DNA from: Histomonas meleagridis 2922-C6/04-290x
Taxonomy: Eukaryota > Protista > Parabasalia
NCBI GenBank assembly: GCA_020184695.1
Contig: JAANOX010000205.1
Span: 947,437 to 1,011,436, forward strand
Direction of reading: 5' to 3'
Length of the DNA stretch: 64,000 nt
The number at the start of each line of letters is the position of its first letter. The stretch's first letter is position 1. The position numbers were made by a program, and so were the translations under genes. Positions 1-9,202 of this stretch are shown piece after piece. Under the pieces are notes generated by a model. That model did no database searches. It was not told the origin of the DNA and was given only the letters and a program-made list of their open reading frames with translations.

Positions 1-899
1 AATTCTATTGCTGCTTCATATGCATCTTCAAATGTTGAATGATTTTGTTCACATAAATGAATAATTTCTTCATTTCCACCTGCAACTGCATATTTACCTG
101 TGTTTTCCACATTTGCACCATTCATAAGTAAATATTTAAAACATTTAACTGATCCAAAAAATGCTGCATAATCAATTAATGAAACATTTTCTTTATTAAT
201 AAATGAACACCTTTCATAAAGTGATGGTTCAATCGTTTGATTAAAATCAAAATAACCTTTCGATGTTAATTCATGAAGTTTTTCAACATAATCATTTCGA
301 ATTATTTTTGCAGTTTCATTCGGATTATGTCCTTCTTTAATTAATTGTTTATGAAGTTCAAAATTATTTTTTGATAGCTCTTCATAGCTTTCATAGTGAT
401 ATTTGTACGAGTTATAAAGATTTTGCAATATATTTATTGGTTCGTTTGAAAAATGATGTGCGAAATAAAAATTGTTTTTGTTCTTAACTGAACTTGTTGA
501 AACTAAATTCGTTTCAATCATTTTTTCAAGAATGAAATATGATTCTTGAGTGTTAATTTCAAGGAGAAAATCTTTGAATGCATTAATTAATTCATAATTG
601 TTTTCATAGAATTCTTTTTCTTTGATTTCAATTTGTTTCATAAAATTAATATATAAGCCAAAATCTTTCATTTCTGAAAGAATTGATGAATATATTATTC
701 TGCTGATAATAAATTTTGAATAAGGTGCTATATCATCACTATTTAACAGAATTATAGAAGCATTAATAGATTCAATAATGTTATTTTCACTCAAATCAAA
801 AATAATTTCTTCAAGAGATATTAAATCTTGCATAGGCTTAGTAGAAGAGTAATGATTTACTGGGTCAATATTTGATTTTTTGATCGAATTGCTTTCCAT
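1..899 (-). CDS. DUF3447-type/ankyrin-associated protein, 3'-partial (runs off the window edge)
   Basis: Not in the ORF track because no stop lies in the window. Manual translation from ATG at 899 is open to base 1 (MESNSIKKSN...FDFNQTIEPSLYERCSFINKENVSLIDYAAFFGSVKCFKYLLMNGA...YAVAGGNEEIIHLCEQ), the core typical of the trichomonad DUF3447-ankyrin family. Confidence 0.85.
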   Translation of the reverse strand, partial: MESNSIKKSNIDPVNHYSSTKPMQDLISLEEIIFDLSENNIIESINASIILLNSDDIAPYSKFIISRIIYSSILSEMKDFGLYINFMKQIEIKEKEFYENNYELINAFKDFLLEINTQESYFILEKMIETNLVSTSSVKNKNNFYFAHHFSNEPINILQNLYNSYKYHYESYEELSKNNFELHKQLIKEGHNPNETAKIIRNDYVEKLHELTSKGYFDFNQTIEPSLYERCSFINKENVSLIDYAAFFGSVKCFKYLLMNGANVENTGKYAVAGGNEEIIHLCEQNHSTFEDAYEAAIE

Positions 900-1071
900 T
901 TTATTGAAATTTTTCTTGATTCAAGCACTTTTGTTTATGCTGTGAATGGTCAAAATAATCGTCATTATCAGTATCACTTTTTGAATACAATTCTATTAAA
1001 ATCGATCAAAAACGTTTTTGTAAAAAATGCCATTAATTGCCATGAGAAAATAACAGATTTTATTAACAAAA

Positions 1072-2163
1072 TTAATAATACCAGCTTTTGATACTGGAAG
1101 GAATTGTATCTGTATAAGATTCACATTCCATTAATAAGTTTTCTTTAGATATTCTCTGTGAATAAATTCTATTTGAGATCGTTGGATCCGCATTTATAAT
1201 TGTATTATCTCTATTTGATTCAGCATATCTCTGTATTACATCAAGTACACGATCAACACCAGTTTCATTAAAGAATTTTGCCTGAAATTTCTTGCTCACT
1301 TTTGGTGGCTTAATCACAGGAACTGTCACCTCAGGCACTGTTACTAGTGGATCTTCAGAAGGTCTTCCAAATTGTATTTCACATTTTGTAGTTCCACCGA
1401 ATCTTGTTCCTTGTAAGGCATTTTTAGCACTTTCTGCTTGAACACTGGTTTCCATCGTAACGTTCGCCCAGTCGGGGTGGTCCGGAATGAATTTGACACT
1501 GAGAACGTTACCATACGGTTTGAAATGTTGGAAAAGTGTCTCTTCTTTGACGATTTCAGGATCTATATTTTGTACAATTAATGTGGTGTTAGAAGCATCA
1601 ATTTTATTCGGTTCCATATGAACTCTGTTGCCTGTTGCTTCACTAACTTTTATCCCTCGACCAAATTCTGTCGAACCATTTAAAAGACGAATGGCATCGT
1701 CGACTTCTTTTTGTGTGTTGAATTTCACAAAACCATAACCTTTGGAAATTCCATCTGTTCCTTTGATAAGTCTTGCTGAGATAACACTATGAAAATAACG
1801 TCGGAAAAATTCTAAAAGCCTACTCTCATTGACGGAAATGGGTAAGTTACCAACATAAACAGAATATCCAGTTGCTTGTCTAATTGTATTGACATCTGAA
1901 GATCCTTTTGTGCTACTCCAATTGAGTTTGAATTGTGCGTTTGGCATGTTTGGAATTGGTGCTCCCTGTAATAAACGAAGAACTGTAGCAGCATCTGAAA
2001 TATTATTAAATTGAATAAATCCATATCCATCTAGGGTTCCTGTTTCTTTATTTCTTGAAAACCAACATGCTAGAGGAGCAATTCCTGTTTGTTGTCTGAC
2101 TATATTCATTAATTGTTCTTCACTTTCCCATATCTCTGTAGTTCCAACCCAAAGTTGTGCCAT
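1072..2163 (-). CDS. Three-RRM RNA-binding protein, Nam8/TRNAU1AP/RBP45-47-like
   Basis: RRM1 QLWVG...GYGFIQF...FKLNWS, RRM2 YSVYVGNL...SKGYGFVKF, and a degenerate RRM3. The ORF-track start at 2181 is TTG; the first ATG is at 2163, with a TCATTT Inr about 20 nt upstream. Confidence 0.85.
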   Translation of the reverse strand: MAQLWVGTTEIWESEEQLMNIVRQQTGIAPLACWFSRNKETGTLDGYGFIQFNNISDAATVLRLLQGAPIPNMPNAQFKLNWSSTKGSSDVNTIRQATGYSVYVGNLPISVNESRLLEFFRRYFHSVISARLIKGTDGISKGYGFVKFNTQKEVDDAIRLLNGSTEFGRGIKVSEATGNRVHMEPNKIDASNTTLIVQNIDPEIVKEETLFQHFKPYGNVLSVKFIPDHPDWANVTMETSVQAESAKNALQGTRFGGTTKCEIQFGRPSEDPLVTVPEVTVPVIKPPKVSKKFQAKFFNETGVDRVLDVIQRYAESNRDNTIINADPTISNRIYSQRISKENLLMECESYTDTIPSSIKSWYY

Positions 2164-2222
2164 TAAATTAGGGTGCTCCAAATGATCGGTGTTTTTTGTT
2201 AACGTTTTTTTATCACTGTTGG
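2164..2222. promoter_or_regulatory. Compact bidirectional promoter with an Inr-like element on each strand
   Basis: 59 nt between divergent ATGs (2163 minus, 2223 plus). TCATTT lies on the minus strand and TCACT on the plus strand, both matching the trichomonad Inr. Confidence 0.6.
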
Positions 2223-5156
2223 ATGACTTTTGGAGTTAAAGCATTAAATTCACCAGAAATATATTCAGATGTAGTATTAGTATCATCATTTGGTTTTAAT
2301 GGGGATATGGTAATTTTTGCAAAGGGTTCAAAATTACTTTTTACAAAATATGATAATTGTAGATTTCAAACTTTGTTTGAATATTATATTTTTGGTGAAA
2401 TATCGCATGTAATTCCAATAAAGCATCCAAAAGATTCTCAAACAAATATATTAATTATATTGGCAGATCTTCAATATGCAACACTTCGAAATACATCAAA
2501 TCATATTGAAACAGTTCAACACGGAAACTTAGCTTCACCTACTGGTAGCATAACAGACCCGCCTTTTAAGATAGCATATAACAATTATTTCTTAATGGCT
2601 GAATTCAATAACCAAGTAATCCAATTTTTTGAGGTTACTCAAACATCAGAAATATCGCCAACATATAGTTGTTTTATTCCTTGTAAAGAAATTATTCAAT
2701 TTGATTTTATTGATAGTTCACCTTCATGTCCACGTATTTCAATTTTAACTCGTGAGTTCCAAAACACAACAAAACTTAGCATTTATGAACTGAACATATC
2801 CAAAAAAGTCTTTCCAAGTAAACCATTATGTTCAAGTACATTACCATTTGATGCATATAAACTTCAAGTCATTGGTGCTGATCAATTAATTATATTTACA
2901 ACATCAGCGATTTATCGTGTGTCTTTATTTAAAGACACAACATTAATTCAAGAAACTTCAACTATATTTTCATCACATCCAATCAGTGTGATGACACAAA
3001 TTTCACAACATCAATGGATTGCGACAGATACTGGAGGTAATTTATTAATAATTAATTGTAATATTTCAGGACCAATTACATTATCAAGAATTGGATCTGT
3101 TAATTCAGCTATTAAAATAATTCCTTTAAATTCTCCAATTGTTTTTATTGCATCAAAATTTGGCAAAAATTTCTTTGTAAACCTTTCAAATTTGGGTATA
3201 ATTGAAAGCACGCAAAACTCAAGTAAAGTTAACAAAATATATCGTGTTAATGAAGATGAATTAATTGGAATTACTGAAAATTCTGCACATACAATAAGAG
3301 AAGCATTAAAACTAAAATTGGTTGCATCGACAAAAATACCATTATTAGAAAATGCATATTTTTATGATGAATATATACTGATTGCACATGGAGAACAAAT
3401 CTCATTAATTCAATATACAGGAAATGGATTTATTGAAATTAGTAATGAATTCTTTATAATTAATGAGCCAACAATATGTTTTGGAATGCCACAACCTTCT
3501 TTGTATATACAAGTTACACATTCATCTGTCAATAATTCTAATGAACAAATGCTTCAATTCGAAAATATTACAAGTGCTTCAATCTCTGATGAAATTATTG
3601 GAATTATTTCATCAACACCAAATTATTGCAAAGTTGTTATTCTTAATTTAAACTTAGAAATAGTTTGTGAAGTAGATCTTGATTCATTTGCCGAAGCAAT
3701 TGCTGTAAGTGATCAATATTTCGCTATTACTTCATGGGCAAATGATTCGATATGCATTTACTCGATTGAAACCGGCAAAATATATAGAAAAATTGAATCG
3801 AAAATAGCGGTTTCATTGATGTTTACAGACGACGGTTTGATAGCCCTTGAGTCAAGAGATCGGTGTTGTGTTTTCTCATTAACAAATGAATCATTAGATA
3901 AAACATTTTATTGTGAAGGGTTACACAATTCCATAATTAAGATCTCTAATACAGAATTTATATTAACAGGTGATAAACCAGTTTTATTACAAAACATGAA
4001 AATTAAAGGAATTGAATTTAATGGAATTACAAATGGATCGTATATTGACCACAAATTTTTATTAGTTTTTAATGATATATTGTATCTCTGTGAAGAGAAT
4101 GGATTTTCGATATCAATAATCGAAAGTAAAATCAACACTAACATTAAATGTTTAACTCAAATCCCCGAAACAAATGATTTTCTAATTGTTACACAAAATG
4201 GATCTGATACATTTATATCATATGTTGAACATCCATTATCCAATCAAAAGCAAATTGGGAAATTATCGGATGTGAATCATATTGTTAATATTCTCTCAAT
4301 GAAATGTGGGACATTAACAATTGTAATTATAATGTTTCATAAGCAAGTATTAATATATGAATTATGTGAACAAATATTACATTTCCATAACAATTTAACA
4401 TTAGAGAAAGAACCATTTCATATTTGTACATTCCAAAATTATATATTAATCGGATTTATTGATGAAATTCGACTTTATGAACTTGAAATCATTTCATTAT
4501 CTAACATCGAATTAAAAGAAATATCAAAAATTTATACACAAGGATCAACTTCAAGTATCACTGTTAATGATACATTAATAATTGTTGGCGATGAATTACA
4601 ATCGATAGTTATTTATCGATATAATAAAAATAAACAAAAACTTTATGAAATCGCACGTAATAACAATGATTATGGAATTGTCGCGTGTAAAATATTCGGA
4701 AATAATATATTCGCTGTCGATTACATTGGTAATGTTTATCAAATGCAAATCGGACAATCGAAAAATTTGGAAAGTGTCGACATTAATGTGTCAGCAACTT
4801 ATAACTTCGGATGTCCAATTAATGAAATCTCGAATTTCGCGAATGGAATTGTATTGGTAACAAATGATTGCAAATACTTCCAAATAGTAAACATCAAAAA
4901 ACAAAATAAAAACTTCGACGTGCTTTACGATGAAATTAATAAAAGAATTGAAACTTTGGGATCATTTAACTCTATAGACTATAGAGCTACAAAAGTGAAT
5001 AAGTTTTATACCAACGCAAAGACAATGATAAACTTGGACCTGCTCAAGTTCTTCATGGAATTAACTGACGAAAATAAGTTAAAAATTTGCGGCGCTGTAA
5101 ACATTTCAATTCAGAATGCAAACACACTAATTCAAAATGTGTTAAATATTAAATAA
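2223..5156 (+). CDS. DDB1-like beta-propeller protein (DDB1/CPSF160/SF3B3 family, CPSF-A C-terminal region)
   Basis: About 977-aa ORF. C-terminal IIVGDELQSIVIYRY...LYEIARN and IETLGSF..IDYR...MINLDLLKFFMEL match DDB1-type motifs. The ORF-track start is TTG; the first ATG is at 2223. Confidence 0.7.
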   Translation: MTFGVKALNSPEIYSDVVLVSSFGFNGDMVIFAKGSKLLFTKYDNCRFQTLFEYYIFGEISHVIPIKHPKDSQTNILIILADLQYATLRNTSNHIETVQHGNLASPTGSITDPPFKIAYNNYFLMAEFNNQVIQFFEVTQTSEISPTYSCFIPCKEIIQFDFIDSSPSCPRISILTREFQNTTKLSIYELNISKKVFPSKPLCSSTLPFDAYKLQVIGADQLIIFTTSAIYRVSLFKDTTLIQETSTIFSSHPISVMTQISQHQWIATDTGGNLLIINCNISGPITLSRIGSVNSAIKIIPLNSPIVFIASKFGKNFFVNLSNLGIIESTQNSSKVNKIYRVNEDELIGITENSAHTIREALKLKLVASTKIPLLENAYFYDEYILIAHGEQISLIQYTGNGFIEISNEFFIINEPTICFGMPQPSLYIQVTHSSVNNSNEQMLQFENITSASISDEIIGIISSTPNYCKVVILNLNLEIVCEVDLDSFAEAIAVSDQYFAITSWANDSICIYSIETGKIYRKIESKIAVSLMFTDDGLIALESRDRCCVFSLTNESLDKTFYCEGLHNSIIKISNTEFILTGDKPVLLQNMKIKGIEFNGITNGSYIDHKFLLVFNDILYLCEENGFSISIIESKINTNIKCLTQIPETNDFLIVTQNGSDTFISYVEHPLSNQKQIGKLSDVNHIVNILSMKCGTLTIVIIMFHKQVLIYELCEQILHFHNNLTLEKEPFHICTFQNYILIGFIDEIRLYELEIISLSNIELKEISKIYTQGSTSSITVNDTLIIVGDELQSIVIYRYNKNKQKLYEIARNNNDYGIVACKIFGNNIFAVDYIGNVYQMQIGQSKNLESVDINVSATYNFGCPINEISNFANGIVLVTNDCKYFQIVNIKKQNKNFDVLYDEINKRIETLGSFNSIDYRATKVNKFYTNAKTMINLDLLKFFMELTDENKLKICGAVNISIQNANTLIQNVLNIK

Positions 5157-5261
5157 ACTGTTTATATGTTAATGTGTTTCACTTCTGAATAGCTTACACA
5201 AATCATTATCACCGGTAATAGTGATGATTTCCATTTTTATTCGATAATGATGGTTAGAAAA

Positions 5262-7386
5262 ATGGAAATATGAAATCCAGAAAAATTTATTTAATATGAG
5301 AAATGTTTAGCATTAAAACAACATTGCATGTAGGGATGCGATAGTTGTTATTGGTTTATTCATCGTTTGCATCACAAATGAAAGACTTTAATATGTATTT
5401 AATGTTTTTGAAAAGTTTAGAAGGAAAATATAAAAATAAAACAAATATCATTCAAGTTTTTGTGAGATTTCTTTTGTTTTTAGAATCACAAGAATCAAGT
5501 TATCTATTAGAAAAGATGTTTGAAGAAGATTTGATTGACATTAACATATTAATAAAAAAGAAAAATTTATATTTTATCCATTACAATGAAAGTAAACGAG
5601 ATCAAGTTAGAAATTTATGGAAAAAATTGAATATAAATATTTTTATCTCTACCAAAAGAATTTAAAAACAATTCAAAAAATAATAAGAAAAAAATGTAAT
5701 GGAAATTATGAAGAGCTATCAAAAAATGATTGGAAACTTCGCAAACAATTAGTTAAAGAAGGAGTTAATCCGAATGAAATTGCGAAAATAATTCGAAAAG
5801 ATGAAATCGAAAAACTTCAAGAAATATCATCACGATATGATTTTGATTTTAATCAAACGATTGAACCATCACTTTATGAAAGATGTTCATTTATTAATAA
5901 AGATAATGTTTCATTAATGATTATGCAGCATTTTTTGGATCAGTTAAATGTTTTAAATATTTACTTATGAATGGTGCAAATGTGGAAAACACAGGTAAAT
6001 ATGCAGTTGCAGGTGGAAATGAAGAAATTATTCATTTATGTGAACAAAATCATTCAACATTTGAAGGTGCATATGAAGCAGCAATTGAATTTCATAGAAA
6101 TGATATCTTTAAATATATTTATGAAAATAAATTAGAAGAAATTGATCAAGAATTCAGATATTCTAAAGGCTCTTATTCATCTAAATGTTGTAAAGTAAAA
6201 AAATCATATGTATTAGGAGTTAAATGTATTTTAAGTAGTTCTTATAATCTTTTTTCTTATTTATTAAAAATAAATAAATTGAAGATATCAGATTTTATTC
6301 ACGTGTTATCTATAACAGGTAATTTATTTCTCCTACAAAATGCTGATAAAAACTATAGAATACCAAAAAATTTTTGTATTTTGTGCATAATGTCTGGAAA
6401 TGTTGAGCTTGTTAAATATGTTCTTAAAAGTTTCGATTTAGATATCAATGATAAAGATATATATATTCTATTTTTCTTTTGTTTTTATCAATAATTTAAA
6501 GTTATTTAATAACATTTGATTTTTATTTAAATCGTTTAATACAGCTCTTATTTGTGCATCTAAGTTTGTTTTAATTATTTCATATTTCGTATTAATATTT
6601 GGAAATTATTTAAATTATTTCACTCGGCACTTATGAAAGCTACTAAAAATAATGATGTAAAAATAGCTAAATTACTTCTTAAAGAAAAATGGATTGATAT
6701 AAATGGTAAAGACTTTTATCTGTTTTATTTTGGATTTATTTCAATAATTTAATAATTTAAAATAATTTCTAAATTTCGTTTTAAATATTTCTTACAGTGC
6801 TTATGATGGCGTCCATAAAAAATCAAACAAATTTGATGAAATTATTTTCAAAACATGAAAGAATTGAAATTAATGCTAAAGATGATTTTTATTTGTTTTA
6901 TTTATAATTTATTTTGATAATTTATAACTTCAAAATAACATTTGAAAATTATTCAATTTATTTAAAACTGCGCTAATGTTTGCAGCAAATGGCCAAGTAG
7001 AAGCAGTCAAATTACTTCTTGAACAAGAAGGAATTGATGTTAATGCAAGAATATTTATTTATTTTGTTTATTATTTATATTTAATAATTTTTGTTTCAAA
7101 ATTATATTTGGAAATTATTAAGCTTATTTGAAACAGCACTTATGAAAGCATATAAAAATGGTTACACAGAAATCGTTAAATCGCTTCTTGAAAAAAAAAG
7201 TATTAAAATTAATACTAAAAACACTTTTTAAAATAATTTGATATTTATTTCAATAATTTTTTATAAAAAAATATTATTTGAAATTTATTAGAAGTGTTTG
7301 AAACAGCTCTTTCATATGCATTGAAAAAAGATCATAAAGAAATTGTTGAATTACTATCTAAAAAAAATAAATGTATAATACAATAA
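5262..7386 (+). pseudogene. Disrupted DUF3447 plus ankyrin-repeat gene whose ankyrin repeats are separated by intron-like spacers
   Basis: ORF fragments 5345-5665, 5617-5970 and 5967-6494 are frameshifted pieces of one gene, paralogous to 1-899 (1-nt deletion near 5918 in SLIDYAAFFGS). They are followed by five stop-free ankyrin segments ending KKNKCIIQ* at 7386. The 5' boundary is approximate. Confidence 0.75.
6459..7302 (+). repeat. Array of ~170-bp units (87-93-nt ankyrin-coding segment plus ~80-nt AT-rich spacer)
   Basis: Intervals between the KD/R/N codon and the T of TAL: 6459-6540 (82 nt), 6714-6793 (80), 6884-6966 (83), 7051-7132 (82), 7223-7302 (80), plus a partly deleted one ending at 6620. 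Confidence 0.85.
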
Positions 7387-8135
7387 AAATGTGTGGTATT
7401 GACATTTTCTTTTAGCTTTTGTATAACAGAGTGATCACAACATGCAATTACCCTGGATGATAACAAAAATTTTTGTTAAAAAATTTTTTAAGAAGTTCAT
7501 GTTATCATTCGATTGAATTAAATTTGATTAAATTCAAATTTTCTACACAACGATTGAAGTTTTCTGACGATTTTTTTGATCCTCGAATTTTCTTTGTATC
7601 ATCAAAGATAAACATGTGAGCATTTGGTCAGTCCTCTGGTGCCATAATTTTGATAAATTACATAATTGAACGAAATATAATTATAAGTAGTGATGACAAT
7701 ATTAAATTTTAGGATCGATATTTATCGAATTTCTAATTCATAACACGAGATTTTCGAGATTCTGTATTTTGCTCTAAAATTAAAAAATTTGTTATCGATA
7801 TTATACACATTAATCATACGATTGATAAGATGTAAATTTTTGATTATTATCTGATTAGAATGCGTGTGTAATTGAGGTTTAATAGTAAGTCAAGTATTGT
7901 TCGATGTTCTATTGCATTTTTCCTTATTGGAGAAATCATTTTTCGGACAAATCACCACAACGATAGAGATGAATACGAAACGATCGTTTCATCTGAAAAT
8001 TTGAGATAACTCAGAAATTTGTGTACTATAAAATCTTTTTCAACAAATCGAAGAAGAATTGTCTCAATTTTCTGTAGGATGATGTTGTAATTAAAAAGAA
8101 AAAAATTTCATGATTTGAAGGATTTAATGAGTAGC

Positions 8136-8762
8136 TTATTGTTGTCCTTCAAGCTTCTTTTGTTCGGCGATTTCCTCAGCTGTTGGAAGGCGTGGTTCCT
8201 TAGTTTCGACCTTCTTAAGCTCAGGCTTTCCTTCCTTGATAAGATCATAAACAGTACGGTTTTGACCATCTCTTGGGAGATCTTCTGGAAGTCTTTGAAC
8301 TCCTTCTTGTTCAGCAAGCTTCTTTTGTTCGGCGATTTCCTCAGCTGTTGGAAGACGGCTGCTTTCCTTTGTTTCGACCTTCTTGAGTTCCTTACCTTCC
8401 TTGATAAGATCGTGGACATTACGGTTTTGGCCATCTCTTGGGAGATCTTCTGGAAGTCTTTGAACTCCTTCTTGTTCAGCAAGCTTCTTTTGTTCGGCAA
8501 TCTCTTCAGCTGTTGGAAGACGGCTGCTTTCCTTTGTTTCGACTTTCTTGAGTTCCTTACCTTCCTTGATAAGATCGTGGACATTACGATTTTGAGCATC
8601 CTTTGGGAGATCTTCTGGAAGTCTTTGAACACCTTCTTGTTCAGCAAGTTTCTTTTGTTCGGCAATCTCTTCAGCTGTTGGAAGGGATGGTTCCTTTGTT
8701 TCGACCTTCTTGAGTTCGACACCCTTTTGGATAAGATCTAATGGGACTTTGTTCTCAGCCAT
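8136..8762 (-). CDS. Multi-repeat beta-thymosin/WH2-like actin-binding protein (4 units)
   Basis: Four copies of DLIxxGxELKKVETKE-x2-3-LPTAEEIAEQKK, matching the beta-thymosin LKKTET...LPSKETIEQEK pattern. ATG 8762 lies just downstream of a TCATTTCAC Inr; the ORF-track start at 8783 is upstream of that Inr. Confidence 0.75.
   Translation of the reverse strand: MAENKVPLDLIQKGVELKKVETKEPSLPTAEEIAEQKKLAEQEGVQRLPEDLPKDAQNRNVHDLIKEGKELKKVETKESSRLPTAEEIAEQKKLAEQEGVQRLPEDLPRDGQNRNVHDLIKEGKELKKVETKESSRLPTAEEIAEQKKLAEQEGVQRLPEDLPRDGQNRTVYDLIKEGKPELKKVETKEPRLPTAEEIAEQKKLEGQQ
8145..8720 (-). repeat. 165-bp (55-codon) coding tandem repeat, about 3.5-4 copies
   Basis: The anchor TGTTCGGC recurs at 8161, 8326, 8491 and 8656 (period 165). 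Confidence 0.95.
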
Positions 8763-9202
8763 ATTATTAAAGTGAAATGACATAACCGCGGCGTATTTAG
8801 AAACTTTTTGTCAAATAAAATTCTGATGATAAACTTCAAATATTGTCCCTTATTGTCCCAACCACTTCACCTCTGTTTTTTATATCTTATAATAAAGAAT
8901 TATATTTATTTTTCGATTTTACTTCGTTGTTTTTTGGTTCCGTAAGGAAAGAATGAGAAAGATATTCATAAATACTTCTTTGGGTTTTTTTCTCGTTCAA
9001 AAAAATGTTTTTTTTACATTTGAATGTATAAACCATTCATTGCATTCAAAAGTGATGTAAAGTTGCACTGTGATTCGTTGTTGAGGTTTATTGGCCGGCT
9101 ATTTAAGTACTCATTTTTGGTTACACCAAAGTAAAAAGTGTCTTTTTTTCCAAAATTCAATTTTTCCGGACTTGCAATTCAAAGGCTTCGTTCGGATAGG
9201 AA

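Noticed and set aside
1072-2163. Functional link between the Nam8-like RRM gene (a family that binds U-rich intron sequence) and the nearby U-rich spacers
   Set aside because: Proximity alone means little in a eukaryotic genome, and nothing in the sequence supports the link.
5227-5269. 12-bp perfect inverted repeat (ATTTCCATTTTT/AAAAATGGAAAT) next to a C-box-like GTGATGA
   Set aside because: Low complexity in AT-rich DNA, with no matching D box (CTGA) at a suitable distance. It cannot be supported as a snoRNA or regulatory hairpin.
6481-7136. Canonical GT-AG splicing of the ankyrin spacers using the ACAG at each 3' end
   Set aside because: The ACAG is the Thr-Ala codon pair of TAL and is absent in two units (ACTG, TCGG). 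Splicing from the conserved GT to it gives the wrong phase and deletes the conserved Thr, and no ACTAAC branch motif is present.
6459-7302. CRISPR-like repeat-spacer array
   Set aside because: Units are ~170 bp, the conserved halves encode ankyrin repeats, the context is eukaryotic, and no cas genes are present.
7840-8090. Coding-like decayed frames on the minus strand (IETILLRFVEKDF..., MISPIRKNAIEH...)
   Set aside because: Short, interrupted and not assignable to a family by eye. It may be an old pseudogene, but the evidence is insufficient.
8108-8741. Long alternative-frame and antisense ORFs over the thymosin-like gene (8108-8722 minus, 8115-8741 plus)
   Set aside because: A by-product of a stop-free 165-bp unit being tandemly repeated. 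Only one frame gives a recognisable motif and has an Inr.
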